In this document: positions 1 to 8,628 of the stretch, piece by piece
Position numbering within the stretch: the first letter of the stretch is position 1
Layout: every line of letters starts with the position of its first letter
Assembly: GCA_040752415.1 (NCBI GenBank)
Contig: JBFMGU010000102.1
Location: 1 to 35,743 of the forward strand
DNA length: 35,743 nt
Direction: 5' to 3'
From: Myxococcota bacterium
GTDB lineage: Bacteria; Myxococcota; JACRCW01
Notes under the pieces: generated by a model
The model's database searches: none
The model's input: the letters and a program-made list of their open reading frames with translations, nothing else
What the model was told of the DNA's origin: nothing
Program-made: the position numbers and the translations under genes

Positions 1-114
1 CCTCCCCCTCCCGGGAAGTCAGTGGCACCGGGTCGACGGGTGCCCCCCGGTTTTCCGACGAGAAAATCGACAACCCACGGACTCCGCACCCGCTGACTTC
101 CCGGGAGGGGGAGG
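1..114. repeat. Inverted repeat / REP-like hairpin, probably truncated by the window edge
   Basis: Perfect 22-bp inverted repeat: CCTCCCCCTCCCGGGAAGTCAG (1-22) and CTGACTTCCCGGGAGGGGGAGG (93-114). The purine tract at 115-135 suggests the left arm continues before base 1. Confidence 0.8.
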
Positions 115-181
115 GGGATGGGGAGAGGGAGGGGGAACACCGCCTTTTGTACCGGTCAACCTGACCGGGCACCGTTGTAAG

Positions 182-487
182 GCGGGGACGGGCGTTTGCC
201 CCGACGCGAACCGCGCGCGCACGAGTGCCCCGGGACGCGCGCCAGGAGACCGCGGTCCGAAGACTCTCTCCGACGAGAAACCCTGCTCCGCGAGCTCCTG
301 CAAACCCGGCTGATACGTCCCGCGCCACTCGGATCATCGTGTGGCAGCCAACGGTGGCGGGGGGTAAGACTCATCGTCGGCAGGGTCCTGCTTCCGCACC
401 CGCCTCCCTGGTCACGGTCGCATCCTGCGTCCGGGCCCCCCACCAACACCACCGCAACTCCGCGCGCGTCGGGACGCCCGTCCCCGC
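182..487. repeat. Long imperfect fold-back (REPIN-like) element in the leader of the VTC operon
   Basis: Outer arms 182-208 and 465-487 pair over 14+9 bp with a 4-nt bulge. Nested stems 229-238/427-435, 248-252/415-419, 280-286/380-386 and 308-312/345-349 all centre near base 333. Confidence 0.65.
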
Positions 488-504
488 GCGCCTGACGGGT
501 CCTC

Positions 505-1299
505 ATGGCCGTCAACGAGAACCTGCTCGAGCGACGCGAGCACAAGTACCACCTGCCACCGCACCTGGTGCCCTACGTCAGGGAGACCGCGCTCTCGGTG
601 TGCAAGCTGGACAGCTACGCCGGACCGAACGGCTCCTACGCCATCCGCTCGCTCTACTTTGACACCGACCAGTACGCACTCTTCTGGGCCAATGACCACG
701 AGGTGTGCGACCGCTTCAAGGTGCGCGCCCGCATGTATCCCGGAGCCCAGGGCAAGGCCCCCGTGTTCCTGGAGGTCAAGCGCAGGGTCCTGGACGCCAT
801 CATCAAGACGCGGGGCGGGGTGCCGGCGGAGCAGTGGCAGGAGGTCATGTGCCATCCCAACGGGGAGGCCGCCTCACGCGTGGCGCCCAAGGCGCGGCGC
901 GCGGTGGAGCGCTTCAACTCGCTGGTGCACACCTATCACCTCAAGCCGGTGGTCCTGGTGGAGTACGACCGCGAGGCGTACGTCAGCACCGTGGACGACT
1001 ACGCGCGTCTCACCTTTGACCGACACATCCGCTGCCAGCTGAAGAGCACGCTGGACATGGAGGTGGACCCCAAGGCCTGGCGCCTGGTGGATGACCCCAT
1101 CCGCACCAAGTCCCTGGAGCCCATCACGCTGTTGGAGCTGAAGTTCGCCGGCCCGGCGCCACGCTGGATGATGAACATGGTCCAGCGCCTGGAGCTCATC
1201 CGCTATTCGTTCTCTAAGTATGGCTATAGCCTGGATGTCCAGCACTCCGTGCCGGGCGTCCGGATCCCCACCTATGATGAATGGAGGCTTGGAGCATGA
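505..1299 (+). CDS. VTC-domain polyphosphate polymerase family protein (CYTH/TTM-like tunnel fold)
   Basis: Motifs ERREHKY, IRSLYFDT, RFKVRARMY, FLEVKRR, VEYDREAY, RLTFD, LLELKF and FSKY are typical of bacterial VTC-domain proteins. Sits next to a DUF4956 gene, the usual context. Confidence 0.92.
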   Translation: MAVNENLLERREHKYHLPPHLVPYVRETALSVCKLDSYAGPNGSYAIRSLYFDTDQYALFWANDHEVCDRFKVRARMYPGAQGKAPVFLEVKRRVLDAIIKTRGGVPAEQWQEVMCHPNGEAASRVAPKARRAVERFNSLVHTYHLKPVVLVEYDREAYVSTVDDYARLTFDRHIRCQLKSTLDMEVDPKAWRLVDDPIRTKSLEPITLLELKFAGPAPRWMMNMVQRLELIRYSFSKYGYSLDVQHSVPGVRIPTYDEWRLGA

Positions 1300-1979
1300 T
1301 GGACTGGCTCGGGCCCCTGGGGCGGACGGACGTGGTGGACTGGCGTTCCGCCGCGCTGTCCCTGCTCCTGGCTTTTGCACTCACTCAGGCCATGGCCGCG
1401 GTGTATCTCTGGACCTTCCGCGGCCTGAGCTATTCGCGCAGCTTCGTCCACACCCTGGCCACCGTCAGCATCGTGGCCTGCACCCTGATGCTGGCCATTG
1501 GCAACAGCGTGGCGGCCGGCATTGGCGTGGCGGCGGGTCTGTCCCTGGTGCGCTTCCGCACGTCGCTGCGGGACCCCCGGGACATCCTGTTTGTCTTTGC
1601 CTCCCTGGCGGCGGGAGTGGCGTCGGGCCTGCAGGCCTACGGCGCGGCGCTGCTGGGAACCGGGATCTTCCTGGGCGCCGCCACGTTGCTGCACACCATC
1701 TCCTTTGGCGCGCGGTTCCAGTCCGACGGGCTGGTGCGTTTCTTTGCACCCAAGAGCCCGGAGGCGGAACAGGCCGTCTCGGAGATCCTGCGCACCCATA
1801 CCCGGAGCTTCGTCCTGGTGACGCTGCGCGCCGCAGCGCAGGACCAGCAGATGGAGCATGCCTACCAGATCAGCATCCCGGATCCCCGCCGTCGTGGCGA
1901 GCTGGTGGCGGCGCTCCAATCCATTGAAGGTGTCCGCGACGTCTCGCTCCTGATGCAGGAGCCCACGCTGGAGTTGTGA
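1296..1979 (+). CDS. DUF4956 family membrane protein (MgtC-like TM region plus C-terminal ACT-like domain)
   Basis: Signature GLSLVRFRT..RDPRDILFVF.S.A.G.ASG and about 5 hydrophobic segments. ATGA overlap with the VTC stop (1296-1299); GGAGG at 1283-1287. Confidence 0.9.
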   Translation: MMDWLGPLGRTDVVDWRSAALSLLLAFALTQAMAAVYLWTFRGLSYSRSFVHTLATVSIVACTLMLAIGNSVAAGIGVAAGLSLVRFRTSLRDPRDILFVFASLAAGVASGLQAYGAALLGTGIFLGAATLLHTISFGARFQSDGLVRFFAPKSPEAEQAVSEILRTHTRSFVLVTLRAAAQDQQMEHAYQISIPDPRRRGELVAALQSIEGVRDVSLLMQEPTLEL

Positions 1980-4099
1980 CTCCAATGAGCTGGCAGACTC
2001 GAATGAAGCTCTGGGTCCTGGGCCCATGGCTGGTGTTTGCAGCAACCGTTGCCGCAGTGGCCGTCCTCAACGGCGGCGTCGCTCCCACGCGTTCCGTGGT
2101 GGCGTTCGCGGAGGGCGTCCCGGAGGGCATTGCGCCGCTGGAAGCGGGTCGACTCGCCTCGCTCGCGGTGGAGCCGGGCCAGGACGTGGCGGAGGGTCAG
2201 GTGGTGGCCTGGCTGGATACCACCGCCCTGGATTCCGAGATCGCCGTGGTGGAGGCGCAACGCCAGCAGGCCCTGGCGCAGATGGGGGCGGTGGAGGCGG
2301 AGACCCGTCGGGAAGTCAGCCTGGACGAAAACAAGATGAAGCAGTGGCTATACGAGGCGCGGGTGGCGCTGGCGCGCGAGGAGGTGGCGCTGGCCAAGGC
2401 GCGTGCGCAGGAGAAGACGCTGCGCGCGGAGCGTGACCGTCTCAAGGAGTTGGTGCAGCGTCGCCTGGCGCCGGCAAGCGAGCTGTCCGCGGTGGAGGTG
2501 GAATACGAGGCCGCGGCGCGGGAGGCCGAAGCGCTGCCACCCATCATCGAGTCGCTGCGTCGTCAGCTGCACGGAGCCCAGCGCGAGCCGGGACGGGAAG
2601 GAGCCAACTACTGGACGGTGCTGGCGGTGCCGCTGCAACGCGAGCTGGAAGTGGTGGAACGTCAGCTCAGCTGGCTCAAGCAGCGTCGGGAGGGCCTGCG
2701 GCTGCGCGCGCCTTCCGCGGGCCGCATCCTGCAGGTGGTGAAGCGTCCCGGGGAGGTGGTGGCGGCGGGTGAGGCGGTGGCCATGCTCATCCGCCAGCAG
2801 GCCACGCGCGTGGTGGCGTGCGTCACCGAGCAGGACGCGGTCAACGTGCAGGAGGGCAACAAGGCCATGCTCTGGCCCCGCGGCGGGAGCGGGGAGGCCC
2901 TCAGCGGGCGGGCGGTGGCGCTGGGTCCGCTCGTCGACGAGCTGCCCGCGCGGTGTCGTCGGACGCCGCGGGTGCCGGTGTGGGGACGCAACGTGGTCAT
3001 CCAGCTGGACCAGCCGTCCCACATGCTCCCGGGCCAGGCCTTTGACGTGCGCTTCATGCCCGACGAGCAGGCTCCCCCGCCCCACGGCGTGGCGGCGGCG
3101 GCGTTGGGCGTCACTTCGGACTCCTTCGCGGGAGATGGCGTGCCCGGCGCGGCATCCCCGGGTGGCGCCGAGAAGGACCGCGTGCCCGCGCCGCTCGTCG
3201 TGGAGGTCCCCCCGGCGCTGGCGGAGAAGTACCACCTGGAGCCCAGCGGCCTGGCCTGGCGCGCGGACCTGGCGCGTTACCTGGTGGTGAGCGACGACAC
3301 CGGCTACTCCGACGACGACAAGCACGCGCCGGTGCTGTTCACGTTGTCCATGGACGGGCGCGTGGATCCCCAACCCACCGCGGTCTCGGGCGTCGACGAG
3401 CTCAATGACCTGGAGTCCATTGCGCCAGCGCCGGACGGTTCCATCTACGTGCTCTCCTCCCAGAGCGTGGCGCGCTCCGGGAAGCGCAAGCCCTCGCGCA
3501 CGGCGTTCCTGAAGCTGGTTCCCTCGGGAACGGGCCTGCGCGTGGCGGGGAAGGTGCACCTGGCGGACCTGCTGGATGGGCTGACTGCCGAGCAACTGAA
3601 GGCGCTGGGGCTCCCTGGGAACACCCGCGCCCTCGACGTGGAAGGCATGGCCTACTGGCAGGGCGCGCTCTACCTGGGCCTCAAAGGTCCCCTGGACGCG
3701 GAGGGCCGGACGGCCATCTGGCGCCTGGGCTCCCCGGATGTGCTGTTTGCCGGAGGCAAGGTGCAGGACGCCGGCCTTGGCCTGTGGGCCCGTGTCAAGC
3801 TGGACGCCGAGGTCGACGGCAAGCCCGCGCCCGGTGGCATCTCCGAGCTGCTCTTCCTTCCCGACGGGACACTGGTGGTGGCCTCCACGCCTTCGCAGGC
3901 GGAAGGTGGTCGCCAGACGGGTCGCCTGTGGGTGGTGCCGGAACCGCGTGCCGGTGAGCTGACCCCGCGCCTGGTGCACGACTTCCCCGGACTTCGTCCC
4001 GAGGGGTTGAGCCTTTCGCCGCACCCCGGCCGCCTCGCCGTGGTCTTCGACGAGGGCAGCGGCCATCCCAAGTGGATGGAACTTCCCTGGCCACGCTGA
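1976..4099 (+). CDS. HlyD-family membrane fusion protein fused to a C-terminal beta-propeller (DUF3616 / SdiA-regulated / phytase-like type)
   Basis: N-terminal TM helix, lipoyl half-motifs IAPLEAGRLASLAVEPGQDVAEGQVV and LRAPSAGRILQVVKRPGEVV flanking a coiled coil, barrel end LPGQAFDVRF. The C-terminal ~300 aa have repeated blade motifs EPSGLAW, VVSDD, DLESI, DVEGMA, PEGLS. GTGA overlap with the DUF4956 stop; ATGs at 1985 and 2003 are alternative starts. Confidence 0.8.
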   Translation: MTPMSWQTRMKLWVLGPWLVFAATVAAVAVLNGGVAPTRSVVAFAEGVPEGIAPLEAGRLASLAVEPGQDVAEGQVVAWLDTTALDSEIAVVEAQRQQALAQMGAVEAETRREVSLDENKMKQWLYEARVALAREEVALAKARAQEKTLRAERDRLKELVQRRLAPASELSAVEVEYEAAAREAEALPPIIESLRRQLHGAQREPGREGANYWTVLAVPLQRELEVVERQLSWLKQRREGLRLRAPSAGRILQVVKRPGEVVAAGEAVAMLIRQQATRVVACVTEQDAVNVQEGNKAMLWPRGGSGEALSGRAVALGPLVDELPARCRRTPRVPVWGRNVVIQLDQPSHMLPGQAFDVRFMPDEQAPPPHGVAAAALGVTSDSFAGDGVPGAASPGGAEKDRVPAPLVVEVPPALAEKYHLEPSGLAWRADLARYLVVSDDTGYSDDDKHAPVLFTLSMDGRVDPQPTAVSGVDELNDLESIAPAPDGSIYVLSSQSVARSGKRKPSRTAFLKLVPSGTGLRVAGKVHLADLLDGLTAEQLKALGLPGNTRALDVEGMAYWQGALYLGLKGPLDAEGRTAIWRLGSPDVLFAGGKVQDAGLGLWARVKLDAEVDGKPAPGGISELLFLPDGTLVVASTPSQAEGGRQTGRLWVVPEPRAGELTPRLVHDFPGLRPEGLSLSPHPGRLAVVFDEGSGHPKWMELPWPR

Positions 4100-4163
4100 T
4101 GGCTACGCGTGGCTAATCCTGACGAACTCCAGAGTGCGTGGGAGCGACTCCCTGGCGCAGCCC

Positions 4164-4685
4164 CTATGCCGCCGGGTGGGCGCGGTCCCGGTACGCCTGG
4201 ATGCGCTCCGCGCTGGCCAGCGCCTCCTCGGCGGTGCGCTTGACGGTTGGCCCGTCGTGGTGCGGAGCCAGCGGCACCGGGCGCGCGGCCGCCAGCTTCT
4301 CCACCACCCCGGGTGCTTCGTCACCCAGCAGCTTCTCGCACAGCTCGTAGAGGCCACCCGGCCCCTCCTCCAGCGCGTTGTGTTCCGCCAGGATGACGCG
4401 CACCTCCCGCACGATGTCCGACGACGGCGTGGGCACCAGCAGGCTGCTGATGGCGGCGTGCTCCACGCGCAGGCGGCGCGCATGGGGAACCACCTCACCC
4501 CGCAGACGACAGCGCAGCTCCGGCACCAGGATCTTCTCCTCCATGCCAATGTGGCGCAGGATCCCGCCGCGAAACGTCTCGAACGCCGCGTGATCAAAGG
4601 CGTGGGGATCCGCCACCGCGCGGTCCAGCAGCCGGTCCAGGCGCGCGTGGTCCTCCCGCATGAACTCAGTGATGGTGCCCGGCAT
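4164..4685 (-). CDS. Hemerythrin (HHE) domain protein
   Basis: H/HxxxE pattern DHARLD, RHIGMEE, EHAAI, EHNALEE. GGAGG upstream; overlaps the 3' end of ric by 20 bp. Confidence 0.85.
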   Translation of the reverse strand: MPGTITEFMREDHARLDRLLDRAVADPHAFDHAAFETFRGGILRHIGMEEKILVPELRCRLRGEVVPHARRLRVEHAAISSLLVPTPSSDIVREVRVILAEHNALEEGPGGLYELCEKLLGDEAPGVVEKLAAARPVPLAPHHDGPTVKRTAEEALASAERIQAYRDRAHPAA

Positions 4686-5373
4686 CGGCGCCCTCCGGCG
4701 GCTGGTGGCGCGGCATCAGCACGTGGTTCTCCAGGTGGACGTGCCGCAGGATGTCCTCCTCCATCTTCTCCAGCTCACCCAGCAGCGCCCGGTAGCTGCC
4801 GCAACCCCATTCCGGGACGGTGAAGTCGTCGGAGAGCGCGCGGATGCGTTGCAGCATCTCGCCCACCACGAGGTGATCACGGTGCATCTCGTGGAGCTCG
4901 CGCGCCACCACCTCCCGCGCGCCGGCGTTGGAGAGCAGCGCCGGAAACAGCACCTGCTCCTCGTGGTCCAGGTGGTCCAGCAGGAGGTTCACCAGGTCCC
5001 CGTAGGTCGCGTGCAGGTCGGGCAGCTTGGGGTTGTGCGCCCCGTGCACCCGCGCCACCTTGGACGCCATCTGGGCAATCCACGGAATGGCGCGACGCAG
5101 GTACGCATGGTGCCGCTCCACGATGTACGCAATCAGCGCCGACGACGTCATGGCGGCGAAGTCGCGGTCCTCCCCGCCGCGCCCCTCGTCAATCACCCGC
5201 TCCAGCTCGGCGTAGACCGCCTGCGCGTCCACGCCCTGGCTCCGGCACGCCTCCTCCACGCTGACGCCGCCGCGACAGCAGAAATCAATCCGGTGGTTCT
5301 GGAAGACCCGCGCGCACGTGGGGTGCGTGGCCACAATCTGCGCAACGGTCATGCTTCGGTCGAGTGTCTGCAT
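4666..5373 (-). CDS. ric: Iron-sulfur cluster repair di-iron protein (Ric/YtfE/ScdA/DnrN)
   Basis: N-terminal IDFCCRGG (ScdA_N/DUF542), then YIVERHHAYLR, KVARVHG, HLDHEEQVLFP, HVHLENHVL. Confidence 0.95.
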   Translation of the reverse strand: MQTLDRSMTVAQIVATHPTCARVFQNHRIDFCCRGGVSVEEACRSQGVDAQAVYAELERVIDEGRGGEDRDFAAMTSSALIAYIVERHHAYLRRAIPWIAQMASKVARVHGAHNPKLPDLHATYGDLVNLLLDHLDHEEQVLFPALLSNAGAREVVARELHEMHRDHLVVGEMLQRIRALSDDFTVPEWGCGSYRALLGELEKMEEDILRHVHLENHVLMPRHQPPEGADAGHHH

Positions 5374-5390
5374 CCCGCCTCCGTGGGTGA

Positions 5391-5404
5391 ATGATTTGCG
5401 TCAA
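5391..5404. promoter_or_regulatory. Putative FNR/DNR-type (Crp/Fnr family) box
   Basis: TTGACGCAAATCAT on the minus strand matches TTGAT-N4-ATCAA at 8/10 positions, 18-31 bp upstream of the ric start. Confidence 0.45.
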
Positions 5405-5405
5405 C

Positions 5406-5422
5406 TGCATTGCCTGTGCCGG
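5406..5422 (-). promoter_or_regulatory. Sigma-54 (-24/-12) promoter for ric-hemerythrin
   Basis: Minus strand CCGGCACAGGCAATGCA: GG-N10-GC with a GGCAC core, about 35 bp upstream of the ric ATG and beside a sigma-54 activator gene. Confidence 0.7.
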
Positions 5423-5474
5423 AGTGGTCGCGACGGGATCAGGACGGTTGCCGGGCCGTGATGTCATCCTTAGC

Positions 5475-5489
5475 GTTCCAGAGCGGAAC
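5475..5489. promoter_or_regulatory. Candidate enhancer (UAS) palindrome for the sigma-54 activator
   Basis: GTTCC-N5-GGAAC, about 80-95 bp upstream of the predicted ric start site and just upstream of the activator RBS. Confidence 0.35.
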
Positions 5490-5505
5490 TTCGAGGAACA
5501 TCAAG

Positions 5506-6525
<1,020 letters not shown>

Positions 6526-6533
6526 GCTTGCGG

Positions 6534-6550
6534 CTGGCCCGCAAACTGCA
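6534..6550 (+). promoter_or_regulatory. Sigma-54 (-24/-12) promoter for the cytochrome c' gene
   Basis: CTGGCCCGCAAACTGCA: GG(6536-37)-N10-GC(6548-49), 25 bp upstream of ATG 6575, in the 49-bp gap after the activator gene. Confidence 0.55.
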
Positions 6551-6574
6551 CAGAAGTCGGCGGGAGGTTTTGTC

Positions 6575-7240
6575 ATGACGGGTTCACGGTGGATCTGGAG
6601 CGGGGTGCTGGCCGGCGCGGTGGTGGTGGCGCCCTGGGCGCTGCAGGCGGAGGACGAGAAGAAGGCCTGCTGCATGATGAAGGAGGAGGGCGGCGGCGCG
6701 GGAGGTGGACACCAGGGACACGGGGGGAAGACCGGCAAGCGCCAGGACGCACTCGACCCGCACGACCACGGGTCCGCTCCTGCCGACGTCGGCGCAGGTC
6801 ACGGCCACGGCGCCGCGGGCGGTCACGGCGGAGCGCACCACGGCGGCGTGACGCCGGGCGTGCAGGCATCCGTGGCAGCGGTCCCGGTTCCCAACGAGCC
6901 CGGCCCCACGGCGCTGAAGGCAGAGATGTGGCTGCTCACCGCGGCCATGCAGGAGGTCCTGGTGGCGTTGGCCAACAACAACCTCCCGGCCATCCCCGCC
7001 GCCATCCACCGCGTCCACGCAGCGCGGGAGATGACCGAGCAGTCGCTGGAGCGTGGGCTGGTCAAGCTGCCGCGCAACGCGGACAAGGTGGCGGAGTTCA
7101 AGCAGGAGGACGCCGCGTTCCACGACGAGCTGGTGAAGCTGGTCCAGGCCTCCCGCCACAACGACCTGCAGGCCGCCACGCGCCAGACCGGCGTGCTGCT
7201 CAACGCCTGCACGCAGTGCCACCTGAAGTACCGGTTTTAG
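6575..7240 (+). CDS. Exported class II cytochrome c (cytochrome c'-like) with a His/Gly-rich N-terminal extension
   Basis: Signal peptide ending ALQA, CCMM then a 9-His Gly-rich tract, a helical body, and a single C-terminal haem motif CTQCH followed by KYRF. RBS GGGAGG upstream of ATG 6575. Confidence 0.8.
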   Translation: MTGSRWIWSGVLAGAVVVAPWALQAEDEKKACCMMKEEGGGAGGGHQGHGGKTGKRQDALDPHDHGSAPADVGAGHGHGAAGGHGGAHHGGVTPGVQASVAAVPVPNEPGPTALKAEMWLLTAAMQEVLVALANNNLPAIPAAIHRVHAAREMTEQSLERGLVKLPRNADKVAEFKQEDAAFHDELVKLVQASRHNDLQAATRQTGVLLNACTQCHLKYRF

Positions 7241-7246
7241 GACATC

Positions 7247-8383
7247 TTAGCCGCCGAAGGCCCGCTCATAGGCCGTGGCAATGGCCAGCACGCCGGGGCG
7301 ACGGTCCCAGGTGTTGGCGCTGTACACGCCGTCACGCACGTACATGCCGCCGCGGTACTGGTCCGTCCCCGCGAACGCGTAGGGGCTCACGCGGCCGTGA
7401 TTGCGGTAGCCCAGCCCGTTGTAGAACTCCGCGTACGTGGCCATGGCCGCCGGGTCGCGCGAGTTGTAGTTGAGCCCCAGCTGGTCGGCGACGTGGCGCT
7501 TCTGGTTGAGCGCGTGCACCGCGGCCTCCACGAACTGGTCCCTCCGGAAGGAGATGCCGCGCGGCACGTGTGTGGTGGGACGACCCAGCGGGTCGCCGTT
7601 GTGCAGGTAGACGCCGTCGCGCAGGGACGCCTCGCGGTACCAGATGCCCGCCACCAGGGAGGGCGGCAGGTTGGCGCGACGCGCGATCTCGTCGATTTGC
7701 CGCCGCTTCTCCGGCGTGAGGTTGCGCATGACCTGGTCCACCTCCCGCTGGTAGCGACCGTCCATGCGCGCGTTGTCCGCCCGCGCGGCGTTGTCGCGGT
7801 AGACCTGGCCAATCCGCCCCTGCGGGTTGGGACGCTGCGACGACGGTGGCGTGGCCGCTGCGGGCGGGTTCTCCGACGGAGCGGGCCTCAGCGGCTCGCC
7901 CTGGGGAGCGGGCGGCGGCTCGTTGATGCGCTCACCGCGGTGGGTGGCCTGCTGCAACGCCGCGCGCGTCCGCGGGCCCACCTGTCCGTCGGGGCGCAGG
8001 CCATGGGCGCGCTGGAAGTCCACCACCGCCTCGTGGGTCCGGAAGCCAAAGGTCCCCGGGCCCGTGTTCATCTCGTCACGGCTCATGTACCCGAGCCGCA
8101 CCATGTCCTCCTGCAGCGCCCGCACGTCCTCTCCGCGGGAGCCGCGCCGCAGCGTGCGCGGGATCCCGGACTCCACCGCGGCCAGGCGGGAGCGCGTGGC
8201 CGACTCGGCCCCGGCCGCCACCGTGCGTGAAGCGTCGCGGACCTCGGCGGTGGGGGCGGTGCGCGTGGGCGAGGCGGGCGCCGTTTCCGTCGACGCCGGG
8301 GCCTCCGCGGGCCGCAGCGGCGTGGGCTCGTTCGGGGCCACGTTGGAGCGGGGACGAGCTGGCGCGAGCGTGACGGCAACCAT
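7247..8383 (-). CDS. Peptidoglycan-binding domain plus lysozyme-family (COG5526-like) protein
   Basis: PG_binding_1 motif LRRGSRGEDVRALQ...DFQRAHGLRPDGQVGPRT; C-terminal WYREAS...LHNGDPL...EFYNGLGY...SPY.FAGTDQY..GMYVRDG. GGAGG precedes ATG 8383. Confidence 0.85.
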   Translation of the reverse strand: MVAVTLAPARPRSNVAPNEPTPLRPAEAPASTETAPASPTRTAPTAEVRDASRTVAAGAESATRSRLAAVESGIPRTLRRGSRGEDVRALQEDMVRLGYMSRDEMNTGPGTFGFRTHEAVVDFQRAHGLRPDGQVGPRTRAALQQATHRGERINEPPPAPQGEPLRPAPSENPPAAATPPSSQRPNPQGRIGQVYRDNAARADNARMDGRYQREVDQVMRNLTPEKRRQIDEIARRANLPPSLVAGIWYREASLRDGVYLHNGDPLGRPTTHVPRGISFRRDQFVEAAVHALNQKRHVADQLGLNYNSRDPAAMATYAEFYNGLGYRNHGRVSPYAFAGTDQYRGGMYVRDGVYSANTWDRRPGVLAIATAYERAFGG

Positions 8384-8628
8384 GGACAACCTCCTCACAC
8401 TCCGTTTTCGGGGTGCGCGCGGGTAGGTTGCGGTCGGAGCCGCCGCCAACTGACGGATGACGACGTGCGTCCCCCCGCTGACGGATGCCACCGCCCGCGC
8501 CGCGCCGCTCCCACGGGAGCCCGCGCCGCCCACGGCCCGGCCCTCGTCGCCACCGCTTGACGGAGCGGGGATGCCAGACTGTGATGAAACGGTTCCACCC
8601 GACGGGGAGCACAGGGAGCTTGGACGCG

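Noticed and set aside
19..545. Short ORFs upstream of the VTC gene
   Set aside because: Pro/Arg-rich low-complexity translations over inverted-repeat DNA.
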